Shown here piece by piece: positions 30,851-43,700 of a stretch of DNA of 64,000 nucleotides. Location: the NCBI GenBank assembly GCA_051362555.1, contig CM120648.1, positions 1,031,721-1,095,720 on the forward strand. The letters are read 5' to 3'. The first letter of the stretch is position 1. Each line of letters opens with the position of its first letter. The position numbers were made by a program, and so were the translations under genes. The notes under the pieces were generated by a model. The model was not told the origin of the DNA. It did not search any database and worked only from the letters and a program-made list of their open reading frames with translations. The stretch comes from Lingula anatina (taxonomy: Eukaryota > Animalia > Brachiopoda).

Positions 30851-31835
30851 TAAACATTGGAAAGTGGACTAGATTTACACCGTGTTCGTAAAAACCTTTT
30901 GACTTAATATTATTTTCATAGAAAGAATGTTTTCAGTTTCTTATTTTCCTCATTTTTAATTGCATTCGTTCTGTGTTTATTTTGATATTCCGAAGGATTT
31001 TTAGATTACAAACATAAATAAATGTGGTAAAAATGTTTATTGCATCATTGGTCAATGGTATTATTGTATTTTCCTGTTGTTGTAGCGATATACCCTAAGA
31101 AAGAAACTAGTTAAGGCACTGTGAATGTCAGTACATGTACATGTATTTAATGGGAAAGCGCGGGGGGGAGGGGGGGGGATGCAGGGCATGCTTAGTGTTA
31201 TGTTCCCGTATTTGTTTCAATTAAAATTATTTTCCTTTCAATTTGTAAATGGCAAGTAGCTGAGAAAGGGAGGAGGAAATGCCTGAACTCCATGCCATAT
31301 TTTGAGAATTTTTCATTGCAGCTAGTCTATATATCCCTGTCTATATACAGATAAGTTCTTGGCTGAATTAGGATCGAGAGGATATACATGTATTTGTGGA
31401 AACAGATATGATAAGCAAAGAGGCGTTCTTTAAACACACGCAGACAGTGAAAATCTTGCGTCCCTTCGTTGTCACTTTAAGGTCTGTTGACGCATGATTG
31501 AAATAGGGTCTTGGAGTTTGCTGTATACATACAGTAGCTGTGATACATTTTTTGGCATTATTTAAGATCAATTTTCGATAAATGTTTTTTCTCTAAAAAG
31601 TTCCCTGCCACATTCATTTCAAAGCAGTCAACAATATTACTGGATTTACTTTCAGAGCGGGGAAATCACGTCATGTTTACATATATATATTTAACAATAT
31701 TAATGGCCACATATTTTCTTCCAAGTTTGTCACATTACACGACCATCTGGTGCATGATGCAGCACGTCCACAACATCAGTTGCCAACTCAGAGATGCAGT
31801 ACTTTTTGTCAACTTCACACAACTGGACACAATTA

Positions 31836-32061
31836 CACCCCATTTCCATAGATTTTTAGATCGATCTATCCCTGCGGGGAGTCTCACTAGATTACTGTCA
31901 GATATTCTGGCTTAAATGTCCGTCCCACCTACTACAAGCTGTAAGGGGGTAATTAACTTTCGTGTCTGCCCGGCTGACAGCTATATAGTGTGAACCCCCA
32001 GGGAGTTAGGTCGATCTAAAACTTAATCTTTAGATCGATCTAAATCTCTCGGAAAGCACCC
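31836..32061 (+). mobile_element. MITE-like element (~226 bp)
   Basis: Reverse-complement copy at 57152-57377; imperfect subterminal inverted repeats around TTTCC..AGATTT..AGATCGATCTA; flanked by TTA/TCA. Confidence 0.75.
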
Positions 32062-33178
32062 TCAGATTCACACATTGTACTAGCTGGGTGGGTCCAACTG
32101 GCTAAAATGCTGTCAGTAGAATCAGGGCGCTCAGCGCACGATAGTTAATAACCTCCTAGCTGCTCAAGGAGGCATGTCAGATAATAAAGCTGATTGCCTT
32201 TTAAAAATATCTGTGAATGAAATTTGATTTTATTTGACAGTTATCAGTAGAATACACATCAGATATATTATACTTTGTCAGAGCACCAGCGTAGCTAATA
32301 TGCACAAAACACTAACAGATCGGAATCAGGCATATTGAGAACATAATGTTAAAATTTAGCATGCAAATTTTTTTCTTTCATTAAATAAATGCGAAAGTAC
32401 TGGTGAAATTCCTCTTGAAAAGTCTAATCAAGTTAATCATTTTTCACAAACCTCCTGGGAAAGGCAAACATGGCTTGAAGCAGCTTGTCGAGAGTTCATT
32501 GATTTTTCTTCATGACAAATGGCAAAAAGCTATTATGATAGTCCAAGCATGGATAGGTAGAACATGTTTGTTCAGCGTCGTGATGATGGTACACTGAGTA
32601 GTACTACCAAGGTTTGCTGCATTCTTCGTTTTAAAATTTAAAACTTTCATATTCACTTTTCATATGAGCAAATTCCATTTGGGAAAGCTGGATAAAAATC
32701 TGCAATTGGGCATTTATCTTAACTTGAAATTGAAAAAGTTCTTATTTCACACCAGCTAAATCACAGACGTTTCATTAATGAAATACAGTAAACGGTGACA
32801 TCTGACTGTGAGCTGCCTTGTTATTTTAAACCTTATTTTAATCAAAGGTTTAATCAAACCTTATTTTAATCAAAAGTGAACACAGACTAAACTACAGTAG
32901 CTTGGACATCTTTGAACTTTTTCATCCTTCACCCTCTGAAATAAGCAAAATGAAGAAGTGAAAAATGCATTCAAATTTTTCATTTGATTGTGGTCTACAT
33001 CCATGATTGTAACAGAAAGAACAACAGTTGTATGCTTTCATGGAAAAAATGGATTTTTTAAATATTGATCCAAACGTACATTTTGCCTGGAAAACTATAA
33101 TTTTTTGTTAAAAAAGTGAATATGAAGTCAGAAGTGCAAAAAAATTAAACAGTAAGGACAATAGTTATGGTACACTAG

Positions 33179-33227
<49 letters not shown>

Positions 33228-33539
33228 CATGTAAGTGACTCTGACCTTGGACATAATAATGAATCGTTATTATGTCCAAGGAGAGAAAGAGGAAAGTCTG
33301 TCTCTTTGAGCGTGTGTCTGTGTCTGCTGAAACCAACGTCCTTCCTATCAGCTCGTTGAAAAAAATTCCCTTTGCAAAAGATCTGTAAGCCATATCTTTC
33401 AGAGTCTTTAGCCTGCGAAGAAACAAAAGTCATATTTGATTACTAAAATAATAGTAGATAAATTCCTCTTGGGGATTGGACATATTGATTGACTTGTTTT
33501 CTTTCACTGTAACTCTCTTAGCATTGTTCTAGGGCTTGT

Positions 33540-34140
33540 GGCTAGGCTGTGGCCTAATAAGATTAGCAGACTTTTGAGATATTCACTTTGATTTTGGAAA
33601 TAGGAGAGTGCAAAAAGCTCGATAATTTCATCAAGGAGATTTGAGAAGTGAACTGGGTTATCTTTTTTGTTGGCAGGTTGAGGATAGATAAAGCCACAAC
33701 AATCATTCATAGAACTGTTCTCTCTGTCTGAGAATTTGTTGGTGAAGAATAAGTGACTTTTTTCTTGTTCTAAGGTACATTTGCCAGATGAAGATAGAAC
33801 TAGTAAGCATTTGGTTTTGAAACTAGGAGTGGAAAACCTCCATAATTTCATTTCATCAAGTAAACAAGGTGAAGCTAGTGGCTTGGGATTTGAGGAAAGA
33901 AAAGTCGCTAGTCTCTCTCTAAGGATTTGCCGATGAAAAATAAGTCTGTTTTCTTGTTCTGAGCTACCTTGCCAGATGAATGCCACAAGGACTTGATTTT
34001 GAAAGTGGGAGTGTACAAAAGTCAATAATTTCATTTCATCGAGAAGATTTCAGTTGACCTTGATATATGAGGATAGGAGGACAGTGGAAAAGAAGTAGCT
34101 TATATTGTCTTAGATACCTTGCCAAATGAACAATATAAGA
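33540..34140. repeat. Degenerate ~200-bp tandem repeat, ~3 copies
   Basis: Recurring motifs TTTTG(G)AAA..GGAG.G..AAAA..ATAATTTCAT (~33590, 33815, 33995) and TTTTCTTGTTCT..TTGCCAGATGAA. Confidence 0.55.
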
Positions 34141-35874
34141 AGACTTTCTGGATATAGTAGGTATGAATATTTAAATTTTTTATTTATTTCTTAAGATTTG
34201 CAGTCGGTGAGTCAGGTGATGATGTCCAGATCTGATACTACATGTATTGTAGTAAGTAATTCAGTGATGTACTAGTACATATAAAGTTTAAGAAGAGCTA
34301 TCATGAACTACCTTTTAAAAAGATCAGTCTCCTTTTTAAATTCCATTTTACATCTTAAACCAAATCAGTCACATACATGTAGGACATACAAGTATACATT
34401 GACATTGTGGACAATCAGAAGATGTTAAACTTGATATTATGTTTGAGGCAACGTGCATGGGTCTGTCTTTGGATTTTCTGTGATTACTCCATATTGTGTG
34501 CACAATTGTGAAATGAAATTCATTTTGCCTTCTATTTTTATTTGCTTTTGGTTGCGAAGTAATATCAAGTTCATGCAATTTTGCAACTAATAGGCTTACA
34601 ATTTGTTTATCTAATGCTAAGGTAACAGTAGTTTAACCTACTTCATTAATGGTGGTCAGAAATAAGTATACAATATTTTAAAAAATATTAGTCAAAATTG
34701 ATAGCAGAAGTAGCAATAACTAAACATCTCAAACTTGGGCTATTCCCGATATCTTTTCCCCCCAAGGATGTATATGACTATGTATCATTTCAAGGTACCC
34801 CTACGAAATGATTCTTTTTTCGAGATGTGGTGAGCTACTTTTATTGGGACTGCTGAATTACAGTACTTCATTTCAGGTACATCACTAACAAAAGTTTCTT
34901 GAAAATGATTTATAATTTTTTTTTTCAATTTTATTGAAAGTATGCCATTTCATATGACTACAATCATTTCAGCTTGTACCTTATCACCCGTGCATGCATT
35001 CAGATAAAAATAACTGTAGTCATTTGACCAGGGAATTGTTTATTAGTTTTGTATTATCTGCTTTTGTTTATTAATTTAAGATCAATCTGACTTCACAGAG
35101 GAGTCTGGCAACATTAATTTCATTATGGGTGCGTTCACTGCAGAACCAACTTAGATCTGATTTAGTCAAGGGTAACTGACATCACCATACAAATAAATAG
35201 TTAGCAGGGATAGTGGATATACAAGTTTATTAGTTGCCGTGGGTATGAGTATGTGCGAAGGTTTAATTTGTGATTCTGTGTAAATGTGCTCGTCGGGTTT
35301 GTGTTCACAGTACAGACAAAATTGTGGCTGTCCTTACAAGAATGCCTGCATGGGCTGTTTTGTTAAAAGGAGGCAGATCATATTAGATTTTCATTAATTA
35401 TTAACATGATATTTAAACATCACTGACCTTTGTTTTTCATTATCTTCATTAAGTATAATATAAACTGGATGAATTAATTATCTTCAGTAAGCATAATATA
35501 AACTGGATGAATTAAAACTTTCACTTTGATTCTTAATGATAAGCTAGCTGAAGCCAGCAATTCAAGATTCCATTCAAAAGATAAAGGACAAATTTTGATA
35601 AAATGTGAATAGATTGACTGGCACATGGCCATTTAAGACAGCTTTTATATTTTTATTTCCACATTCATTTCAAAAGAATTTTTAGGATCAATCAAAACAG
35701 TCATCAGCTGAATGATTGATACCAGTACGATTAACTTCGCTGCGACCAATATCTGATGCTTCAGTCATTTGTTTGGCTGCTAAAAGGCCATTTCGGAGAA
35801 ATAGGCTCTTTGCTAGCTAAAGTAGCTATTTCACAGCACAATGAAATGGAATAATAATTTCTCTCAAAGTCATT

Positions 35875-36154
35875 TAGTTAATGATACATAAATGCATTAT
35901 GTTGATTCATAAGGTCTATTTTGCAGAGAAAATGGAGGAAAAAATCCTTGTACTCTCTCTCTCTCTCTCTCTCTCATCTAGTCAATGATACATAATTGCA
36001 TAATGTTGATTCAGAAGATCTTTTTTGCAGAGTAAATGGAGGGAAAAAAATCACACTTGTACAGTTTCTCTGTCTGTCTCTCTCTCATTTTGTTAGTGAT
36101 ACATGAATGCATAATGTTGACTCAAGGTATTTTTGCAGAGTAAATGGAGGAAAA

Positions 36155-36190
<36 letters not shown>
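35875..36190. repeat. Three tandem ~105-bp units each ending in (CT)n
   Basis: ATGATACAT..ATGCAT..TGTTGA..TTTTGCAGAG.AAATGGAGG.AAAAA..(CT)n occurs three times. Confidence 0.85.
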
Positions 36191-36194
<4 letters not shown>

Positions 36195-36246
36195 TTAAGC
36201 AAAATCTTGGATCAAGACAATGCCCTCTTTATTTAATTTCAGAATA

Positions 36247-37689
36247 ATGCCTGCATGGGATGGGGCATCAGACAAAGTGACCATAGACTACAGTCAGCTT
36301 AGCACAAAACAGGATGGAGAGGTGCCGAAAAAACCACAACGCACAGGTATCATGTCATGTGACATTGTATTAGACCCAGTATATATCGAGGAATGTGAAA
36401 TCCTATTGGGATTGGCAGGTGCTCTTTTAATTAATATTTTCAGTGTAGGGCGGGAGTCCTGTTAAATTGACATTATATGTCACGGTATTAAATGTTATGT
36501 TGCACTGTCATTGTCATGGCACTTGAGGTCATGGTACATGTAGAATTAATAGAATCTTTACATTTTAAGGGAAGTCTTTATATTTTAAGGCAAAGTCACA
36601 CCAGATTTAAAGCGCTAACATATGAAAAAAAAAATTGCCCATACATAGACAATACAAGGGTTTTGTTAGACTTACATTATACACATCTCGAATACGCAGG
36701 CAAAAGTTGATGTACACTTGTCTATCCTGAGGGAGATAAAATGTTTTGAGGATGTTTAAAAACAGTTTCATTCACTGCTTGTATCTTCATTTTAATACCC
36801 TGAAAATGGTGATTTCACACCCTCACAGGTCTAAAATCAATATTGCATATTATACTTATGTGTACCACTTTATGTTAGGTGTGGCAGCACCATTACACAG
36901 CAATGAGAGTACAAAAGCAATTAATAAAGAAGTTTTCACTACTGGTATTATTATTAGTAGTACTGCATTTCCCAATTGTTATCTAGGTTGTCTTAGTAAC
37001 AAGAAGGGGTGCGTGGTGCGGGTGCTGCTCCTGGTGGTCACTGTGTTCGTGGGGTTAATTCTGGGCTACGTCATCAGGCGCGAGGTGCACCCCAAAATTA
37101 CCCAGAAGATCATGCTACAAAATGGAGGAAATTGCACAACACAGGTGTGGTCAGGATGCTTTCTTTGAGTGAATGATGAATGACGTAATATTTATTTCAG
37201 GATATTGTAGATCGTAAGTAAAAGAAGGTCAAAGGATAGTGTAAAACAATTCTCAGGCTAATTTTCAATGTATTTCTTATAAACAGTGATAAGCTATTGG
37301 GTGATAAATATAAAAAAGATAGTAAGTAGTCTGTCAAATAAGTCAGTTTATATTAGGGATGAATAGAAATATTTTCTTATACTTAATAAACATCTTCAAT
37401 CTGAATATTTTGGCATATTATAACTTTATTCAAACTAAAAAGCTTGGATTTTATCAGCAATCCTGGTATGAAATTGTCATAGTTTAGTGTCAAAGAATTA
37501 GCATCTAGTAAAAGACATTTTACTCACGAGTTAGAACTGTGTGTGTTCTCAGTAACAGATTACAAGCATTTCACCATTTTAATCTCTAGAACAATTTGTA
37601 TGCCAAATATAATTACTAGTATTGTACCAGAATATTGTTGAACTGAAGAAAAAGGAACAAGAAATATTTATATTCTTTTGAAGAACTAA

Positions 37690-37781
<92 letters not shown>

Positions 37782-40700
37782 CAGATTAAATATTACAGCC
37801 CCTACACGAGTAAAAAACTACTAGGCTTCTTGGATGCAGAGAATATCAAAGAATTTGTTAAGTATGTATATAACACTGTATTGTATATGGACACAACTGT
37901 AATAACCCATTGAATTTGACCAACACAAGTTATAAAATTCCCAAGAAAAATGTTTTGTTATTAATATTTAAACAATATTGACTGTTTTGATCATGTCCAT
38001 GATAGCCAGCTTATCCCCTTGTGTGTGTGTGTGTGTTTGTGTGTGTGTGCGTGGGGGGTGGGGGGGGGGAGTGTTCAATTTTTATTCCAAGAGAAGGCAC
38101 CATCTTCATTGGAAACTAGATCATATGACTTGATCAAAACATACAGTACAACCAAAAAAAAATTGCTCATACTTTTTTTTATGTACAGACACAGATGTGT
38201 CTGTACATATAGCCATCATCTGCGTCTGTCGTCGCCGTCGCCGTCGTCGCCGTCGCCGTCGTCGCCGTCGCCGTCGCCGTGCACTTTTACCGATAACACG
38301 ATAAATGGAAAACTGTTTTTTCTTTTGGTATGAAACTTACAGAACTGATGAATATTCATAATACGCAGGTCAAGTTCGAAAATCAGCATGATCGGGTCAC
38401 TTTTAGGGAATTTATGCTGTTTTTTCACTTTTTTCAGCATATATGCAGCACTGATAACACGATAAGTGGAAAACCATTTTACCTTTTGACTTGAAACTTA
38501 CAAAACTGATGAATATTCATAATACGCAGGTCAAGTTCGAAAATCAGCATGATCGGGTCACTTTTAGGGAATTTATGCTGTTTTTTCACTTTTTTCAGCA
38601 TATATGCAGCACCGATAACACGATAAGTGAAAAACCATTTTACCTTTTGGCTTGAAAGTTACAGAACTGATGAATATTCATAATACGCAGGTCAAGTTCG
38701 AAAATCAGCATGATTGGGTCATTTTTAGGGAATTTATGCTGTTTTTTCACTTTTTTCAGCATATATGCAACCCCGATAACACGATAAGTGGAAAACCATC
38801 CTACCTTTTGGCTTGAAACTTACAAAACTGATTAATATTCATAATACACAGGTCAAGTTCGAAAATCAGCATGATTGGGTCATTTTTAGGGAATTTATGC
38901 TGTTTTTTCACTATTTTTCAGCATATATGCAGCACCGATAACACCATAAGTGGAAAACCAATTTACCTTTTGGCTTGAAACTTGTAGAACTGATAAATAT
39001 TCATAATACGCAAGTCAAGTTCGAAAATCAGCATGATTCGATTATTGTTAGGGAATTTATGCTGTTTTTTTACTTTTTTCAGCATATATGCAGCACTGAT
39101 AACACAATAAGTGGAAAACTGTTTTTTCATTTGGCTTGAAACTTACAGAACTAATGAATATTCATAATACGCAGGTCAAGTTTTAAAATCAGCAAGATCG
39201 GGCAATTTTTATGGAAGTTATCCTGTTTTTTTTTTTGTTTTTTTTTTCAATTTTTTCAGCACTTTTATAACACCGATAACATGATAAGTGTAAAAATGTT
39301 TTTCCTTTCCTTGGATTGAAATTTACAGAACTGGTGAATATTTATTATACGCAGGTCAAGTTTGAAAATTGGCATGATTGGACTATTTTTACAAAAGTAA
39401 TGCTGTTTTTTTCCCTTTATTCAGCATACATGCAACACTGATAATGCATTTTAAGGAAAACCAATCAGCCTTTTGTCTTGGAACTCACAGGAGTGATCAA
39501 TCTGACCAGTATACAGATCAAGTTTGAAAATAAGCTTGATCAGTTAAGTTTTGATGAAGTTATTAGCCTTTTTGTATATAAGTGGTTTTTCTTCAGATTT
39601 AATTCTTAAGCATGTTAACAGTCTCATAACGGTACTAATTGTACCACCAGCGTTAGCGCTGGCGGTACACATGGTTTCGGTCCCGTCCGGATCGTTCCGC
39701 CGGCTCCGCCGGCTCCGTTGGCTCCGCCGGACGGCTACCGTTACCGCTTCTCCTCCTAGACGGTAAGGGCCCCCGTACCCATCTCATGGATTTAGGTCAC
39801 CTATAATCTCAACTCGTTCCACGTAAAATTTGGGCTTTGTCGGTATTGGGGTCTGGGTGTGGCACTCATTGCAATGCACCCTTGTCTAAAAATGGCAAAA
39901 TTAAATGCTAATTATCTACCCTACGGAAGGAGTTATGGGAAAAATTTCTATAGACAGCTTTCCAAAAGTCATATGTGTAGATTTCAAATATACCCTTGGA
40001 TTTGACCTTTGACCTTTACTTCAAGGTCAAATGGGCCAAAATTTTCAAAAAAATGAAATTTTTTACGAAAAAAAATTTTTTTGCCCTGTTATTCAGACAC
40101 CACACAGACTTAACCAATAATATTATTGGAAAGTGTTACCCTTCAGGGGCCGTATTCTCAAAACTTTGTAACTTACAACAATTTGTAACTATTTACGTGA
40201 ATTTGTAACTTTGACTTACACGGTATTCTCAAAACTCTTGTAAGTCTCGGACTTACAAACTCTTGTAACTTTTCACGTAACTTTCCGGAAGTGACGTTTG
40301 GTCCATGAATAACCCGCATCAACGTACTTCACTGCCGTGCTTTGCGTCGATAAAACGCTTATCTAGACATAAAAGTCTCTTGAAATGTATTGAGAATCAT
40401 TCAAAAAGACGTTTCTTAACATTTTCATACAATTTTTCGTCGGAAAATTCACTCATTTTAAATGTGCTTCCTCCGACATGCGAGCTCAGAAATCGGACTT
40501 GGCTCCTCTTGTGGGATTCCCCCAGCTGGGATTCCCCAAGTTTGCCGCTAGCAAAAAGTACTTTATTTCATTAAATTTACAATGAAAACGTGTGTGAATA
40601 TTTCTTACAGTAAGTAGCTTATAATAAACACTCACCACATTGTTCAAATTTGATACTTGCTTGGATTTCATGCTATCTTAGGATACCAAAGCCACACAAA

Positions 40701-43700
40701 TAAGTTCACACAATTCCTCTCTATATATGGCATTCAATTAGATATAAAAGTGTAAATTTTATTTCAATATATAAACTTTGTTATTAAATATGAGTGAGTA
40801 TATTTGTTTTGTTTTTTTTTCTATGATGAAGATTTAATAAATGATATCTTCATGTTAAGCCACAAATAATCACACAATTTAATTCACACAAATAAGTTGG
40901 ACCAACTTTTCAAAAATGACATTCAATTTAATATGAACATGTTATTTTAAAATAAAATTGATAACTGTGATCAATTAATGGGTGTTGGTATAAAAGTGAA
41001 AATATTCTTCCCGTACACCTTTGTTGTTACCATAAAGAGTGAGTATTTTTTAATGTCAGTATGAAATGCACATTGTACTGGTACAAATGAACATGTACCT
41101 ACAGGTCGGCTAGTATAAGCAGTAAAAAATTGAAAATAAAGGATTCTGTAAGTAAATAAAAACATGATTATAATAATAAATTTTGTAACTGATTACTCAG
41201 TCACATTTTCAATAATTTCAGGTATTTTTTGTTTCATATATTATCTACTAATTTACACTCACTGAAATTTAAAAAATATTCTTTCCTTCTGGATTTTTTT
41301 ACCAACAGTTGTCATATGAGATGTAAATTCTTTACAAGTGCCTGTGTTGTTGTTTTATTTCACTGCAGCTGAGACTTACAAAACCTTGACAAAGACTCAT
41401 TTTAGGTGCATGAAGGCAGTAATTCACAGGAAGGGGAGATATTCCTTTTTGGACATTATTTAATTTCTATTTTTTAATGTTTCATCACCAGTGTGTATAA
41501 ATTTAATTTAAATGATATATTACTTCCTCTTTTCTTTGTTATAGAAACTTATGAGTGACTTTGCATTGCCCTCAATTGCATTTAAAGAGTCCTTGAAAAG
41601 CAACTGAATTAGTCTCAAAATTCTTATAAAATCCTTGAATTTGTTATTAGTGTTCATGTATGAACCTTGACATTGCACACTTTAATCATAGAAAGTTACA
41701 CAAACATCCATGATAACTCACAAAAAATTGAAATAAAAGGTGAAAGGCAATGATTATCCCTAAAACTGACTTAAGAAAAAAAGAAAAGAAAATCTGTTTT
41801 GTGACTAAAAAGTACAAGCCACGGTTAAAATATATTTCATTGCGAATTATAAGATGTTTCTATTTGTTTACTCAAATTAAACAAACCAGTTTCCTGAAAA
41901 TAGAAGGAAATTCACTGTACAGTGCATGCAATTTTAGTTTCAGCCATAACAATTGTGATAAGAAATACAAAATACTTCTTTATCCAAAACAAAACCCAAA
42001 ATAATTCCTTATGAGCAATATATGATGGAAAGAGACATAATCTTGTTTGTGGGTGAATGTATGTGTGAGTGCATCATAAAGGAGAAAATACAGAAAAAAA
42101 ATGATATGCATTTAAACTTTCAGTTATTATTACTGTTATTATTTATGATGAAATAAATAATCATTTTATATTAATTATTATTGTAACAAGACTAAACATT
42201 TGTATTCTATGAGGAACTTAAATAATGAAATATACTTATTTCTTTGGCAAGAAGGTTTTTTTTTTTTTTAATTAAAATTATGGTATATACTGGTTTTATT
42301 TTCCTTTATCTTAACACTGCAGCAAGTAGATGGGACTATGCAGGGATTATATTTTGCAGTATGAATCAATTTCAAAATGAAACAGTAGCAAGAAAACAGC
42401 TATAATTGTTATGATCAAAGTGCAACCTAAGCAAGTGTCAGTTTACTCTAAATTAGAACTTACTCTGTAACTTTGTAATAAGTACAATGTTATATAAGGA
42501 ATGCCATAAGTGGAATACTATCAAAAATGCCAATATTTACAATATTTACAATCTTTTACTAACTCACACATTACTAGTAAGTCTTTTTTGGTATTTAAAA
42601 CAGTTTAAGTCATTTGTTTTTTCCATCAGTGATGATAACCTCATTATTTGAACTGGATATCCTTTATTTAAATGGATAAACCGAGCCTTTTAAATTAGTT
42701 AAAATACTGTTTAAATATATCTAAAATCACTCGAAAGTAGATGATAAAACATTATAATCATCACTGAATGCTCCCAATTTATTATTATTTAAAAAAACCT
42801 ACAAAATAAAGTTAATGAAACTTATGCATATTTTTAAATACAGTCATCAGCTGATCGAGGTCACCATGACGTGCCGAAAAGGGGGTCAACATTTGCAACA
42901 TTTTTTTCTATATGTTTCAAATCATTTGGCAGGCTCTCGATACTTTTTGATACATGTTGTACAGCATATCATTTTAAAGCATTTGAAACGGACTTTTTTG
43001 TGATGTAGAAGGCATATATTTTCTCCACCACATGTATGGAATAGAGCCATAAGAACCTGAGTCAATGAATTGCAGATAAAAATGGCGATTTTCAGACACA
43101 CCTTCACGACAAAATCTCACAGAAAATTTGTAAATAATATAATGACAGCAAACATTATACATCAGTTAAAAGATAACTTTGTTCCGAACAAAACCCCATC
43201 TATTAACCTCGTTTTTTTAGTATAATTTTAATTTATTCACTGACTAAACATGTATCTTCATCCTAAAAAAGTCGGAAGCTTCAGAAACTGAAATTCAACC
43301 GTCGTTCGATTGATTAATCTTGACTAACAACTAAAGTGTTTTATATCGCCAAAAAGCTCATTAACTTGGCTTTCTCACAACACTAGTAATTCTCTCACAT
43401 TTTTTAAAAAGTATCAGTTTTCATTTTAGTTTAAAAATTCGGACACCCTGCCAAACTGCCATGTTGCCATCGCGCGATCGATAGAAACGTATTTTTCTCA
43501 TCTAAATCGTTAACTTTAGGCAACTAACCTGAAATATCCGAAAGGCTAACCTTTCTCGCTGATAATAAAACATCCAAGGTTAAATAATTTTACTTGCTGT
43601 CAAAAATATCCGACAATAAACACGAGCATAAAATTCCCGCAGACAACACTTTCTTCCCGACTTTTCACCAAGTGCGCATGCGTACAACTTTTTGTAGCGA

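Noticed and set aside
33504-34034. 176-aa minus-strand ORF
   Set aside because: Coincides with a degenerate ~200-bp tandem repeat; no recognisable domain or splice support.
40300-43700. Transposase or Myb/SANT gene within the Harbinger-like element
   Set aside because: Only short AT-rich ORFs; no DDE or SANT motifs recognisable by eye. Decayed remnants cannot be excluded without tBLASTn.
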